Assembly: GCA_963771355.1 (NCBI GenBank)
Contig: CAVYTA010000005.1
Span: 832,001 to 896,000, forward strand
DNA from: an uncultured Candidatus Rokubacteria bacterium
GTDB lineage: Bacteria > Methylomirabilota > Methylomirabilia > Rokubacteriales > CSP1-6
Reading direction: 5' to 3'
DNA length: 64,000 bases
Both the position numbers and the translations under genes were made by a program. Shown one piece after another: positions 11,402 to 23,515 of this stretch. Within the stretch, counting starts at the first letter, position 1, and each line of letters starts with the position of its first letter. Below the pieces are notes generated by a model. It made no database searches and had not been told where the DNA came from. It saw only the letters and a list, made by a program, of their open reading frames with translations.

Positions 11402-12484
11402 ATGACCAATCCCATCATCACCGAGGCGGTGCGCGCCCTCGTCGACCGCCGCGATCTCACCCGCCTCGAGGCGGCGGCGGCGATGGAAGCCATCATGTCG
11501 GGCGCAGCCACCAACGCCCAGATCGCGGCCTTCCTCACCGCGCTGCGCATGAAGGGCGAGACGGTGGAGGAGCTGATCGGCTTTGCCCAGGTCATGCGGG
11601 AGAAGGTGGTGAAGGTGCGCCCGCGGGCCGGCGACGTGGTGGGGGCCACCGGCACGGACCGCGAGATGCTCATCGATACCTGCGGCACCGGGGGCGACGC
11701 CTCCGGCACCTTCAACGTGTCCACCGCCACCGCCTTCGTGGTGGCGGGCGCCGGGCTCCGGGTGGCCAAGCACGGGAACCGTTCGGTGTCCTCCCTCTGC
11801 GGCTCGGCCGACGTGGTGGAGACTCTCGGCATCGACATCGAGCTCTCGCCCGCGCAGGTGGCGAGCTGCATCGACGAGGTGGGCATCGGCTTCCTCTACG
11901 CGCCGCTGCTCCACACCGCCATGAAGCACGTGATGGCGACACGCCGCGAGATGGGGGTCCGGACGGTGTTCAACATGCTGGGCCCGCTCACCAACCCCGC
12001 GGGCGCGAACGCGCAGGTCATCGGGGTCTACGCGGCGGCCCTCACCGACCCCCTCGCGCGCGTTCTGGCCGAGCTGGGCACCCTGCGTGCCTTCGTGGTG
12101 CACGGGGCCGACGGGCTCGACGAGATCTCCAACACCGGCGAGAGCCACATCTCCGAGGTGCACGAGGGCGTGGTGCGGTCGTCCACCGTGCGGCCCGAGG
12201 ACTTCGGCATGCCGCGCGCGGCGATCCGCGACCTCCAGGGCGGCGACCGGGAGGAGAATGCCCGCATCATCCGCCAGGTGCTGGGCGGGGAGACGGGGCC
12301 GCGCCGGGACATCGTGCTGATGAACGCGGCGGCCGCGCTGGTGGTCGGGAACAAGGCGGAGGACCTCAAGGAAGGGGTCGCGCTGGCCGCCGCCGCCATC
12401 GACGAGCGCTCCGCCGCGGGCAAGCTCGAGGATCTCATCGCGCTCTCGCGCCGTCTGGGATCCCCCCGCCGCACCCAGGGCTAG
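11402..12484 (+). CDS. trpD: anthranilate phosphoribosyltransferase
   Basis: DTCGTGGD, FNVST, KHGNRSVSS.CGSAD, RTVFNMLGPLTNP, GLDE. Confidence 0.95.
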   Translation: MTNPIITEAVRALVDRRDLTRLEAAAAMEAIMSGAATNAQIAAFLTALRMKGETVEELIGFAQVMREKVVKVRPRAGDVVGATGTDREMLIDTCGTGGDASGTFNVSTATAFVVAGAGLRVAKHGNRSVSSLCGSADVVETLGIDIELSPAQVASCIDEVGIGFLYAPLLHTAMKHVMATRREMGVRTVFNMLGPLTNPAGANAQVIGVYAAALTDPLARVLAELGTLRAFVVHGADGLDEISNTGESHISEVHEGVVRSSTVRPEDFGMPRAAIRDLQGGDREENARIIRQVLGGETGPRRDIVLMNAAAALVVGNKAEDLKEGVALAAAAIDERSAAGKLEDLIALSRRLGSPRRTQG

Positions 12485-12513
12485 CGGGCTCGTCGCCCGC
12501 CGGCCCCACCGCC

Positions 12514-12531
12514 GGGGGCCTGGAGGCCCCC
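12514..12531 (+). terminator. GC hairpin after trpD (possible weak terminator)
   Basis: GGGGGCC-TGGA-GGCCCCC followed by TT. Confidence 0.35.
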
Positions 12532-12561
12532 TTGACCGTGCCTGTGACGGGGCAGTACTAT
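12532..12561 (+). promoter_or_regulatory. putative sigma70 promoter for the gntR-etf-mutase operon
   Basis: TTGACC-18 nt-TACTAT. Confidence 0.5.
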
Positions 12562-12680
12562 GTGGGCGGCTGGTCGTTGTAAGTGCCCGCCCTGCCGCGC
12601 CGATTTCCGTTCGGGTGCATGACGACGGCATCGTGGGGCCGGCGCAGTTCTAGAACACCGACGTTCCGGAGGCTGGTCGC

Positions 12681-13439
12681 GTGAAAGGTCGTCCACCGCG
12701 CTATCACCAGATCGCCCAGAGCTTGCGCGAGCGCATCGGCTCGGGGCAGCTCGCGCCCGGTGTGCGCCTGGACAATCAGCGCCGGCTCGCGCAGGAGTTC
12801 GGCGTCACCCTCATGACGCTGCGCCATGCCCTCGAGGTGCTGGAGCGCGACGGCCTCATCGCGCGGCGGCACGGGCTCGGCACCTTCGTGTCCACCCGCT
12901 CCGTCGAGTACGACATCTTGCAGCTCCGCACCTTCGCCGGCGACCTCTCCGCGCAGGGCGAGGACGTGGCGACGCGCTTTCTCCGTAGCCAGTTCGAGAG
13001 TGCCGATCGCGGCGTGGCCCGCGCGCTCGGCGCGCCGCCGGGCGCCCGCGTGCTCGCGCTGGAGCGGCTGCGCCTGGTGGCGGGCCGGCCCACCAGCTTC
13101 CAGGCTTCCTATCTGGCGCCCGGGCTCGGCGAGGAAGCGGCCAAGGCCGACCTCCGCGTCACCCCGCTGCGCCAGGTGCTGGCCTTCAAGCTCGGCATCG
13201 AGATCGCCTCCGCGCGCGAGACGGTGTCCGCGGTGCCGCTGGAGGTGCGCGCGGCGCGGGAGCTCGGCTGCCCCGCGGGCATGGCCTCGTTCCGCTCCGA
13301 CCGGGTGTCCGTCGCCGCCGACGGCACCGCGGTAGTCTACGATCGCGTGTTCATTCCGGGTGACCGCTTCCGGATCACCCGGGACCTTCGGTACGGCCAG
13401 GTCAACCGCGGCGACAGCCCAGAGGAGATCGAGTCTTGA
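12681..13439 (+). CDS. GntR family regulator (HutC/UTRA type)
   Basis: PRYHQIAQSLRERI, LAQEFGVTLMTLRHAL, GLGTFV; UTRA-like C-terminus. Confidence 0.9.
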   Translation: MKGRPPRYHQIAQSLRERIGSGQLAPGVRLDNQRRLAQEFGVTLMTLRHALEVLERDGLIARRHGLGTFVSTRSVEYDILQLRTFAGDLSAQGEDVATRFLRSQFESADRGVARALGAPPGARVLALERLRLVAGRPTSFQASYLAPGLGEEAAKADLRVTPLRQVLAFKLGIEIASARETVSAVPLEVRAARELGCPAGMASFRSDRVSVAADGTAVVYDRVFIPGDRFRITRDLRYGQVNRGDSPEEIES

Positions 13440-14218
13440 AGATTTTCGTGATGGTGAAGCAAGTGCCCGACACCGCCACCCAGATGAAGATCAGCAGCGG
13501 CGATCCCAAGGCGATCGAGACCGCCGGCATCACCTGGATCGTGTCTCCCTACGACGAGTTCGCCATCGAGGAGGCGCTCCGCATCAAGGAGAAGCGCGGC
13601 CAGGGCGAGGTGGTGGCGGTGACGCTGGGGCCCGACCGGGCGAAAGAGGCGCTGCGCTCCTGCCTGGCCATGGGCGCCGACCGGGCTGTCCACCTGCTCG
13701 ATTCCGCCTGGGACGGGGGGGACACGCTGACCACCGCGCGCGCGATCGCGGCGCTGCTCAAGCAGGAGGGGCCCGCGCTGGCGGTGTTCGGCCGGCAGGC
13801 CATCGACGACGACATGGGCGCGGTGCCGGCGCAGGTGGCGGAGCTCCTGGGCTGGCCCTGCGCCTCCTGGATCATGGAGGAGGCGGTGGACGCGGGCGGC
13901 ACCTCGGTGCGCGTGGCGCGCCAGGTGGAGGGCGGTCTCGAGGTGTTCGACCTGCCGCTGCCCGCGGTGGTCTCGGCGCAGAAGGGGCTGAACGAGCCCC
14001 GCTATCCCACGCTGAAGGGGATCATGGGCGCCAAGAAGAAGGAGATCAAGGACGTGAAGGGGGCCGATCTCGGGCTCGCCCCGGAGCCGCCGGCGTTGAC
14101 CGTGGTCACCCTCGAGCCGCTGCCCGCGCGGCCGCCGGGACGGATCATCCAGGGCGAGGTCGCCGACGCCGCCAAGGAGCTCGTCCGCGCGCTGCGCGAA
14201 GACGCCAAGGCCATCTGA
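13436..14218 (+). CDS. etfB: electron transfer flavoprotein beta subunit
   Basis: KQVPD, PYDEFAIEEAL, AMGAD, GRQAID, LNEPRY. Confidence 0.93.
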   Translation: MKIFVMVKQVPDTATQMKISSGDPKAIETAGITWIVSPYDEFAIEEALRIKEKRGQGEVVAVTLGPDRAKEALRSCLAMGADRAVHLLDSAWDGGDTLTTARAIAALLKQEGPALAVFGRQAIDDDMGAVPAQVAELLGWPCASWIMEEAVDAGGTSVRVARQVEGGLEVFDLPLPAVVSAQKGLNEPRYPTLKGIMGAKKKEIKDVKGADLGLAPEPPALTVVTLEPLPARPPGRIIQGEVADAAKELVRALREDAKAI

Positions 14219-14293
14219 GAACGGTAATGGTGATGCGGTGACCAACCGCAACGTGAACAAACTCGACATCTAAGCGAGGCGAAAGAGACAGAC

Positions 14294-15283
14294 ATGGCAG
14301 GCGCGTTCTGGGGCATCGTCGAGGACGACCGGCAGGGGAATCCGAAGAAGGTGATGGCCGAAGTGCTGGGCGAGGCCGGGCGCCTCGCCGCCAAGGCGGG
14401 CGGCCAGGCGGAAGCGGTGTGGCTCACCGACAAGGCCACCGAGGCGGGGCTCAAGCAGCTCGGGGAGTGGGGCGCCAAGCGCGTGCTGCTGCTCGAGGGC
14501 GCGCCCTTCGCGCCGTATCGCGGCGAGGTGTGGGCGGCGGCGCTGGCCGATCTCGCGGGCACGGAGTCGCCCAAGGCCATCCTGGCGCCCGTGAGCACGC
14601 GGCTGCGCGAGCTGATGGCGCGCCTGGCGGCGCGGCTGGGCGCGGGGCTGTCCGCCGACTCCACCGCCCTGACGGTGGACGGCGACAAGATGGTGGCGAC
14701 CCGGCCCGTCTACTCCGGCAAGCTCCTCGCCAAGATGACCTGGGCGAAGACGCCGTGGCTGGCCACGCTCCGGCCCAACGTGTTCCGGCCGGGCGATCCC
14801 CAGCCGGGCGCGGCGCCGGCGGTGGAGAAGCCGAGCGTGACCGCTGCCGCCGCCGTCCTCAAGTTCGTGGAGCGCCGGGAGGAGTCGGCCACCGGCCTGC
14901 CCGAGCTCACCGAGGCGGAGATCGTGGTCTCCGGCGGGCGCGGGCTCAAGGGTCCCGAGAACTTCGTCATCCTCGAGTCCCTCGCCAAGGTGATCGGCGC
15001 CGCGGTGGGCGCCTCGCGGGCGGCGGTGGACGCGGGCTGGCGGCCCCATCGGTTCCAGATCGGCCAGACGGGCCGGACGATCTCGCCGAAGCTGTACCTC
15101 GGGTTCGGGATCTCGGGCGCCATCCAGCACCTGGCCGGCATGCGGACCTCCAAGGTGATCTGCGCCATCAACAAGGATCCCGAGGCGCCCATCTTCAAGA
15201 TCGCGGACTACGGCATCGTGGGGGACCTCTTCGAGGTCGCCCCCGCCCTCGAGCAAGAGTTCAAGAAGCTCCTGGAGAAATAG
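14294..15283 (+). CDS. etfA: electron transfer flavoprotein alpha subunit
   Basis: SGGRG, GASRAAVDAGW, QIGQTG, GISGAIQHLAGM, AINKDPEAPIF. Confidence 0.95.
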   Translation: MAGAFWGIVEDDRQGNPKKVMAEVLGEAGRLAAKAGGQAEAVWLTDKATEAGLKQLGEWGAKRVLLLEGAPFAPYRGEVWAAALADLAGTESPKAILAPVSTRLRELMARLAARLGAGLSADSTALTVDGDKMVATRPVYSGKLLAKMTWAKTPWLATLRPNVFRPGDPQPGAAPAVEKPSVTAAAAVLKFVERREESATGLPELTEAEIVVSGGRGLKGPENFVILESLAKVIGAAVGASRAAVDAGWRPHRFQIGQTGRTISPKLYLGFGISGAIQHLAGMRTSKVICAINKDPEAPIFKIADYGIVGDLFEVAPALEQEFKKLLEK

Positions 15284-15303
15284 TTGATCTGGACTGAGAG
15301 GGT

Positions 15304-16455
15304 ATGAATTTAGAGCTGACGGAAGAGCAAAAGGCGATCCAGAACGTCGCGCGGGACTTCGCCGAGAAGGAAGTGCGTCCGATCGCGGAGGCCATCGACC
15401 GCGAGGCCCGCTTCCCGACGGACACCGTGCGCCGCATGGGCGAGCTCGGGCTCATGGGCCTCTTCATCCCCGAGGACTGCGGCGGCAGCGGGGCGGACAT
15501 CGTGTCCTACGCCCTCGCGGTGGAAGAGCTGGCGCGAGTCTGCGCGTCCCATGCCGTCATCATGTCGGTGAACAACTCGCTGTACTGCGAGCCCGTCTAC
15601 AAGTTCGGCACGCCCGAGCAGAAGGCGCGGTTCCTGGCGCCCTACGCCTCGGGGAAGAAGCTGGGCTGCTTCTCCCTCACCGAGCCCGAGGCGGGGTCGG
15701 ACGCCACCAACCAGAACGTGTCAGCACGTCGTGAGGGCGACCAGTATGTGATCAATGGGCGGAAAGTGTTCGTGACCAATGGCCGCGAGGCGCACGCCGC
15801 GCTCATCTTCGCCCAGACCGACCGGACCCGGAAGAGCCGGGGCATCAGCGCCTTCCTCATCGAGAAAGGGACGCCCGGCTTCAATGTGGGGAAGACCGAG
15901 GACAAGCTGGGCATCCGGGCCTCGGACACCGCGGAGTTCGTGTTCGAGGACTGCCGGGTGCCCGCCGCGCACCGGCTGGGCGCGGAGGGCGAGGGCTTCA
16001 AGGTGGCGATGGTGGCCATCGACGGCGGCCGGATCGGCATCGCGGCCCAGGCGCTCGGCATCGCGGTGGGAGCGTACGAACGCTCGGTGGCCTATGCGCG
16101 CGAGCGGAAGAGCTTCGGGGTGCCCATCGGCCAGCATCAGATGGTGCAGTGGATGCTGGCGGACATGGCGACCGCGATCGAGGCCGGGCGCCTGCTCATC
16201 CTGCGCGCGGCCGCGCTGAAGGACGCCGGCCGGCCCTTTGCCCCGCAGGCGGCCATGGCCAAGCTGTTCTGCTCGGAGGCCGCGATGAAGATCGCCACCG
16301 ACGCGGTGCAGGTGCACGGCGGCTACGGCTTCATCAAGGAATACCAGGTCGAGCGCTCGTTCCGGGACGCCAAGATCACCCAGATCTACGAGGGCACCTC
16401 GCAGATCCAGAAGCTGGTGATCGCCCGCCATCTCCTGGCCGGCCCGGACGCGTAG
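15304..16455 (+). CDS. short/branched-chain acyl-CoA dehydrogenase
   Basis: [39 protein letters not shown]. Confidence 0.93.
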   Translation: MNLELTEEQKAIQNVARDFAEKEVRPIAEAIDREARFPTDTVRRMGELGLMGLFIPEDCGGSGADIVSYALAVEELARVCASHAVIMSVNNSLYCEPVYKFGTPEQKARFLAPYASGKKLGCFSLTEPEAGSDATNQNVSARREGDQYVINGRKVFVTNGREAHAALIFAQTDRTRKSRGISAFLIEKGTPGFNVGKTEDKLGIRASDTAEFVFEDCRVPAAHRLGAEGEGFKVAMVAIDGGRIGIAAQALGIAVGAYERSVAYARERKSFGVPIGQHQMVQWMLADMATAIEAGRLLILRAAALKDAGRPFAPQAAMAKLFCSEAAMKIATDAVQVHGGYGFIKEYQVERSFRDAKITQIYEGTSQIQKLVIARHLLAGPDA

Positions 16456-16467
16456 CGGAGGACACGA

Positions 16468-18120
<1,653 letters not shown>

Positions 18121-18135
18121 GAGGGAGAGAGAGCC

Positions 18136-19206
18136 ATGGCAACCGATCCGATCCGCGTGAGCAAGACGACGACGCCCAAGAAACACCCCAAGGACGGCGA
18201 GCTCGGCTTCGGCCAGATCTTCACCGACCACATGTTCCTGGCCGACTTCCAGGAAGAGAAGGGCTGGTACGATCCGCGCGTCGAGCCCTACGCGCCGATC
18301 CCCCTCGACCCCGCGGCGGCGGTGCTCCACTACGCGCAGGCGATCTTCGACGGCCTCAAGGCCTTCCGCGGCGTGGACGGCAAGGTCCGGCTCTTCCGCC
18401 CCCAGAAGCACATCGAGCGAATGAACAACTCCGCCCGCCGTCTGAACATCCCGCCGCTGGATCCCGAGCTCGCGCTGCGCTCCCTGGTGGAGCTGGTGGG
18501 GCTGGACCGCGAGTGGGTGCCGAAGACCATCGGCACCTCGCTCTACGTGCGGCCGGTGATCATGGCCAGCGAGCCGTTCCTCGGCGTGCGCCCGGCCAAG
18601 TCGTACATCTACTACGTGATCCTGTCGCCGGTCGGCGCCTACTATCCGGAAGGCATGGCGCCGGTGAAGATCCGGGTGGAGGAGAAATACGTGCGCGCGG
18701 TGGACGGCGGGCTCGGCGCTGCCAAGACCGGTGCCAACTACGCGGCCAGCCTCGCCGCCGGCGAGGAGGCCAAGCACGAGGGCTTCACCCAGGTGCTGTG
18801 GCTGGACGGCGTGCATCGCAAGTACATCGACGAGGTCGGGACCATGAACATCATGGTGAGAATCGGGGACGAGGTGCTCACCCCCGAGCTGGGCGGCACC
18901 ATCCTGCCCGGTGTCACGCGCGATTCGGTGCTCACCCTCCTCCGCGAGTGGGGGGTGAAGGCCACCGAGCGGCCGGTCACCATCGAGGAAGTGGCGGAGG
19001 CCCACCGGAATGGACAGCTCGCGGAAGTGTTCGGCACCGGCACCGCCGCCGTCATCTCGCCGGTGGGCGAGCTGGCCTACCAGGGCCGGCGGATGGTCAT
19101 CAAGGACGGCGGCATCGGGCCGCTGACGCAGCGACTCTACGACGCCATCGTGGGCATCCAGTACGCGCGGACGCCGGACCCGCATCGCTGGACGCTCGAG
19201 GTCTAG
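18136..19206 (+). CDS. ilvE: branched-chain amino acid aminotransferase
   Basis: FTDHM, LHYAQAIFDGLKA, AKTGANYA, EVGTMN, ILPGVTR, FGTGTAAVISP. Confidence 0.95.
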   Translation: MATDPIRVSKTTTPKKHPKDGELGFGQIFTDHMFLADFQEEKGWYDPRVEPYAPIPLDPAAAVLHYAQAIFDGLKAFRGVDGKVRLFRPQKHIERMNNSARRLNIPPLDPELALRSLVELVGLDREWVPKTIGTSLYVRPVIMASEPFLGVRPAKSYIYYVILSPVGAYYPEGMAPVKIRVEEKYVRAVDGGLGAAKTGANYAASLAAGEEAKHEGFTQVLWLDGVHRKYIDEVGTMNIMVRIGDEVLTPELGGTILPGVTRDSVLTLLREWGVKATERPVTIEEVAEAHRNGQLAEVFGTGTAAVISPVGELAYQGRRMVIKDGGIGPLTQRLYDAIVGIQYARTPDPHRWTLEV

Positions 19207-19219
19207 CCAGGGAGATCCC

Positions 19220-19630
19220 ATGGATTGCGTGTTCTGCAAGATCCGGGACGGGCAGATCCCCTCGTTCAAGATCCACGAGGACGAGCGCACCCTCACGTTC
19301 ATGGACATCAACCCGCTCAACTCTGGACACTGCCTGGTGGTGACCAAGGCGCACGCGGCCACCATCCACGAATCCGACGTGGAAGACCTCAAGGCGATCA
19401 TGGTTGCGGCCAAGAAGGTGGCGGCGGCCATCCAGCACGCGCTCAAGCCGGATGGGCTCAACCTGCTCCAGGCCAATGGGGGCGCCGCCTTCCAGTCGGT
19501 GGCGCACTTCCATCTCCACCTCATCCCGCGCTGGAACGGCGACGGCAAGGGCTTCGACTGGAAGCTCGTGCCCGGCAACCGTGACCAGATCATGAAGACC
19601 GGGGAGCGTTTGCGCGGGCTCCTGAAGTGA
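19220..19630 (+). CDS. HIT family hydrolase
   Basis: [25 protein letters not shown]. Confidence 0.93.
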   Translation: MDCVFCKIRDGQIPSFKIHEDERTLTFMDINPLNSGHCLVVTKAHAATIHESDVEDLKAIMVAAKKVAAAIQHALKPDGLNLLQANGGAAFQSVAHFHLHLIPRWNGDGKGFDWKLVPGNRDQIMKTGERLRGLLK

Positions 19631-19644
19631 CGAAGCGCCGACGC

Positions 19645-20049
19645 ATGACCGAGCGCAAGGTCCGGGTGGTGGTGGCCAAGCCGGGCCTCGATGGCCACGA
19701 CCGCGGGGCCAAGATCGTCGCGCGCGCGCTGCGCGACGCGGGCTTCGAGGTCATCTACACCGGATTGCACCAGACGCCGGAGCAGATCGTGGCGGTGGCC
19801 GTCCAGGAGGACGTGGACGCCATCGGGCTCAGCGTGCTGTCCGGGGCCCACAACTACCTCTTCGGGCGCGTGCTGGAGCTCCTGCGCGAGAAGGGCGCCG
19901 ACGACATCGCGGTGTTCGGCGGCGGCATCATTCCTCAGGAAGACATTCTGGCCCTCAAGGCCCTGGGGGTGAAGGAGCTCTTCACCCCCGGCACGTCCAT
20001 CCAGGACATCGTCCGCTTCGTCCGCGAGAACATCCGGACCGCGGTCTGA
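19645..20049 (+). CDS. icmB: cobalamin-binding small subunit of acyl-CoA mutase
   Basis: [13 protein letters not shown] (DxHxxG), [15 protein letters not shown]. Confidence 0.85.
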   Translation: MTERKVRVVVAKPGLDGHDRGAKIVARALRDAGFEVIYTGLHQTPEQIVAVAVQEDVDAIGLSVLSGAHNYLFGRVLELLREKGADDIAVFGGGIIPQEDILALKALGVKELFTPGTSIQDIVRFVRENIRTAV

Positions 20050-20065
20050 TCGCCGAGGGGCCGAG

Positions 20066-21211
20066 GTGGATTTCGAGCTGACCGCCGAGCAGAAGGAAGT
20101 GCGCGCGCTGGCGCGGGAGTTTGCCGAGCGCGAGGTGGCCCCCGTCATCCGCGGGTACGACGAGACGCACGAGTTCCCGCACGAGATCCTGAAGAAGCTC
20201 GGCGGCACCGGGCTCCTGGGCGCGCTGGTGCCCGAGCAGTACGGCGGCGCCGGGCTGGACTACGTCTCCTACGCGCTGGCGGTGGAAGAGCTCAATCGCG
20301 TGGACGGCTCGGTGGGCATCACCATGTGGGCGCACAACTCGCTCTGCACCAACCACATCACGCTGTTCGGCTCCGAGGCGCAGAAGGCGCAGTATCTGCC
20401 CCCCCTCGCCCGGGGGGAGGTGCTCGGCGCCTGGGCGCTCACCGAGCCCGGCTCGGGGTCGGACGCCGCCGCCATGAAGACGCGCGCCGTCCGCGACGGC
20501 GATCACTTCGTGCTCGACGGCACCAAGGCCTTCATCACCAACGCGGGGGTGGGGAAGGTGGCGGTGGTGATGGCGGTGACCGATCCCGACCTGGGCCAGA
20601 AGGGCATCTCCGCCTTCATCCTCGAGAAGGGCCTGCCCGGCTTCAGCGCGGGGACCCCGTACCGGAAGCTCGGCCTGCACGCGTCGAACACCGCCGAGCT
20701 CGTGCTGGAGGGAGTGCGGGTCCCTGCCTCGAGCCTGCTCGGCGAGCCCAACATGGGCTTCGTCAACACCATGCAGGTGCTGGAAGGGGGGCGCATCGCC
20801 ATGGCCGCCATGGCGGTGGGGCTGGCGCAGGGCGCGCTCGACCAGGCCGTCCGCTACCTGAAGCAGCGCAGCGCCTTCGGCCGGCCCCTGGCCGAGTTCA
20901 ACGGGCTCCAGGGCATGCTGGCCGACATGGGCACCGAGGTGGAGGCGGCGCGGCTCCTCACCCTGCGCGCGGCGGGGCTCAAGGACGCGGGCAAGCCCGC
21001 CAAGGTGGCCGCGTCCATGGCCAAGGTGTTCGCCTCCGAGGTCGCGATGAAGGCCGCCACCAAGTCGCTCCAGATGCACGGCGGGGCCGGCTACATCACG
21101 GAGTTCCCCATCGAGCGGATCTTCCGCGACGCCAAGCTGACCGAGATCGGCGAAGGGACCTCCGAGATCCAGCGGATGGTCATCGCGCGCGAGATCCTGA
21201 ACTTCCGCTGA
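20066..21211 (+). CDS. acyl-CoA dehydrogenase
   Basis: [36 protein letters not shown]. Confidence 0.93.
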   Translation: MDFELTAEQKEVRALAREFAEREVAPVIRGYDETHEFPHEILKKLGGTGLLGALVPEQYGGAGLDYVSYALAVEELNRVDGSVGITMWAHNSLCTNHITLFGSEAQKAQYLPPLARGEVLGAWALTEPGSGSDAAAMKTRAVRDGDHFVLDGTKAFITNAGVGKVAVVMAVTDPDLGQKGISAFILEKGLPGFSAGTPYRKLGLHASNTAELVLEGVRVPASSLLGEPNMGFVNTMQVLEGGRIAMAAMAVGLAQGALDQAVRYLKQRSAFGRPLAEFNGLQGMLADMGTEVEAARLLTLRAAGLKDAGKPAKVAASMAKVFASEVAMKAATKSLQMHGGAGYITEFPIERIFRDAKLTEIGEGTSEIQRMVIAREILNFR

Positions 21212-21229
21212 GCGGTGAGGGGAACGAAC

Positions 21230-22018
21230 ATGGCGGGGCCGGCGGTCAACTACGTGGTCAAGGACTCGGTGGCCACCATCACGCTCAACCGTCCCGAGGT
21301 GCTGAACGCGCTGAACCTCACGCTGTCCGCGGAGCTGGCGGAGGCGGCGGAGGCGGCGGCCAAGGACGACGCGGTGTGGGTGGTGGCGGTGCGCGGAGCG
21401 GGGCGCGCATTCTCCTCGGGGATGGACCGCAAGGCGCTCTCGGCGGGCAAGATCGGCGAGCCCTTTTACCGGAACTGGGTCCGGGCCCTGAATGTTCTGG
21501 AGGATATGGACAAGCTCTCGGTGGCGGTCCTCCACGGCTACTCGATCGGCGGCGGGCTCCAGCTCGCGGTGGCCTGCGACGTGCGGCTGGCGGCCGAGGA
21601 CGCCATCATCGGACTGGGCGCCACCCAGCATGGCCTCATCCCCGACGGCTCCGTCCTCCGGCTGGCGCGGCTGGTCGGCCTGGGGCGTGCCAAGGAGCTC
21701 ACCCTGCTGAACGACCCGGTCACGCCCCGGGCCGCGCTGGCCATGGGGCTCGTGAACTGGGTGGTGCCCGCGGCCGATCTGGACCGGGAGCTGGCCGTCA
21801 TCGCGGCCAAGGCGCTCGGCTCCTCCCGCACCGCCACCGGCCACGCCAAGCGCCTCCTGCACGCCTCCTTCCACACCGATCCGCGCGCGATGATCGAGGA
21901 CGTGATGCGGGCGCAGGCGGCCTGCATGACCTCCTGGGAGATCGAGGAGGCCAACCGGGCCTGGGACGAGAAGCGCGAGGCCCGCTTCGCTCCGCCGCCG
22001 GCTGACGGCGGACGCTGA
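21230..22018 (+). CDS. crotonase-fold (enoyl-CoA hydratase/isomerase) protein lacking the canonical catalytic glutamates
   Basis: LNRPEVLNAL, AFSSGMD, GGGLQLAVACD, GLIPDG. Confidence 0.85.
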   Translation: MAGPAVNYVVKDSVATITLNRPEVLNALNLTLSAELAEAAEAAAKDDAVWVVAVRGAGRAFSSGMDRKALSAGKIGEPFYRNWVRALNVLEDMDKLSVAVLHGYSIGGGLQLAVACDVRLAAEDAIIGLGATQHGLIPDGSVLRLARLVGLGRAKELTLLNDPVTPRAALAMGLVNWVVPAADLDRELAVIAAKALGSSRTATGHAKRLLHASFHTDPRAMIEDVMRAQAACMTSWEIEEANRAWDEKREARFAPPPADGGR

Positions 22019-22770
22019 TGGCCGCCGACGTCATCCTCGAGACCGAAGGCCTCACCAAGGAGTTCCGCGGCTTCGTCGCGGTGAAGGACGTCCGCCTCCG
22101 CGTGCGCCGCGGAACCATCCACGCCCTCATCGGCCCCAACGGGGCCGGCAAGACCACCTGCTTCAACCTGCTCACGCACTTCCTCGCGCCCACCCGGGGC
22201 CGCATCCACTACAACGGCCGCGACATCACCGGCAGCAGCCCCGCCGACATCGCCCGGCGGGGCCTGGTGCGCTCGTTCCAGATCTCCGCGGTGTTCCCCC
22301 ATCTCACCGTGCTGGAGAACGTGCGCATCGCGCTCCAGCGCAAGCGGGGATCGTCCTTCGACTTCTGGCGCTCGGACCGGGTCCTGGAGGCCCTCAACGC
22401 GCGCGCGCTGGAGCTGATCGCCGACGTGGGGCTCACCGACGTGGCCGGCACCCCGGCGGTGGAGCTGCCCTACGGCCGCAAGCGCGCGCTCGAGATCGCG
22501 ACCACGCTCGCCCTGGAGCCCGAGATGCTGCTGCTCGACGAGCCCACCGCGGGCATGGGCCACGAGGACGTGGCGCGCATCTCTGCGCTCATCAAGCGGG
22601 TGGCGGCGAACCGCACCGTGCTGATGGTCGAGCACAACCTCAGCGTGGTGGAAAGCCTCTCCCACACCATCACCGTGCTGGCGCGCGGCGAGGTGCTCGC
22701 CGAGGGCGACTATGCCGCGGTGTCGCAGAATCCCGACGTGATCCAGGCCTACATGGGGACGGCGGCGTGA
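22018..22770 (+). CDS. ABC ATP-binding protein (LivG-like)
   Basis: GPNGAGKTT, RSFQ, LDEPTAG, VEHN. Confidence 0.92.
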   Translation: MAADVILETEGLTKEFRGFVAVKDVRLRVRRGTIHALIGPNGAGKTTCFNLLTHFLAPTRGRIHYNGRDITGSSPADIARRGLVRSFQISAVFPHLTVLENVRIALQRKRGSSFDFWRSDRVLEALNARALELIADVGLTDVAGTPAVELPYGRKRALEIATTLALEPEMLLLDEPTAGMGHEDVARISALIKRVAANRTVLMVEHNLSVVESLSHTITVLARGEVLAEGDYAAVSQNPDVIQAYMGTAA

Positions 22771-23468
22771 CGGATCTCCTCACCGTGCGGGGACTCGAGG
22801 CCTGGTACGACGAGTCCCACATTCTCCACGGGGTGGACTTCGACGTGCGGGCGGGCGAGGTGGTGACCCTGCTGGGCCGGAACGGGGCGGGGAAGACCAC
22901 CACGCTCAAGTCCGTCATGGGCATCGTCACCCGGCGTCGCGGCTCGGTGCGCTTCGGCGCCCACGAGCTGATCGGGCGGCCGTCCAATGTCATCGCGCGG
23001 CTGGGGCTGGGCTTCTGCCCCGAGGAGCGCGGCATCTTCGCCAGCCTCAACGTGGAGGAAAATCTCCTGCTGCCGCCCGAGGTCGCCCCCGGGGGGCTGT
23101 CCACCGAGACGATCTTCGGTCTCTTTCCGAACCTTCGCGAGCGGCTGCGGAGCCAGGGGACCAAGCTGTCGGGCGGCGAGCAGCAGATGCTCGCCATTGC
23201 CCGCATCCTGCGCACCGGGGCGCGCCTCCTGCTCCTGGACGAGCCCACCGAGGGGCTGGCCCCGGTGATCGTCCAGCAGATCGGCGCCACCATCCGGCGC
23301 CTCAAAGGGGAGGGCTTCACCATCCTCCTCGTCGAGCAGAACTTCCGCTTCGCGGCCACCGTGGCCGATCGTCACTACGTCATGGAGCACGGCCGCGTGG
23401 TGGACATGATTCCCAACGCGGCGCTCGAGGCCAACATGCCGCGGCTGCACGACTACCTCGGGGTATAA
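22767..23468 (+). CDS. ABC ATP-binding protein (LivF-like)
   Basis: GRNGAGKTT, LSGGEQQM, LDEPTEGLAP. Confidence 0.92.
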   Translation: MTDLLTVRGLEAWYDESHILHGVDFDVRAGEVVTLLGRNGAGKTTTLKSVMGIVTRRRGSVRFGAHELIGRPSNVIARLGLGFCPEERGIFASLNVEENLLLPPEVAPGGLSTETIFGLFPNLRERLRSQGTKLSGGEQQMLAIARILRTGARLLLLDEPTEGLAPVIVQQIGATIRRLKGEGFTILLVEQNFRFAATVADRHYVMEHGRVVDMIPNAALEANMPRLHDYLGV

Positions 23469-23515
23469 TGCGGCGCTCGCAGCACTCACCTCACCGATTG
23501 AAAGGAGCAGCATCC

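Noticed and set aside
12562..12680. Cobalamin riboswitch ahead of the B12-mutase operon
   Set aside because: Some GC pairing is possible, but I could not find the conserved B12-box or core motifs.
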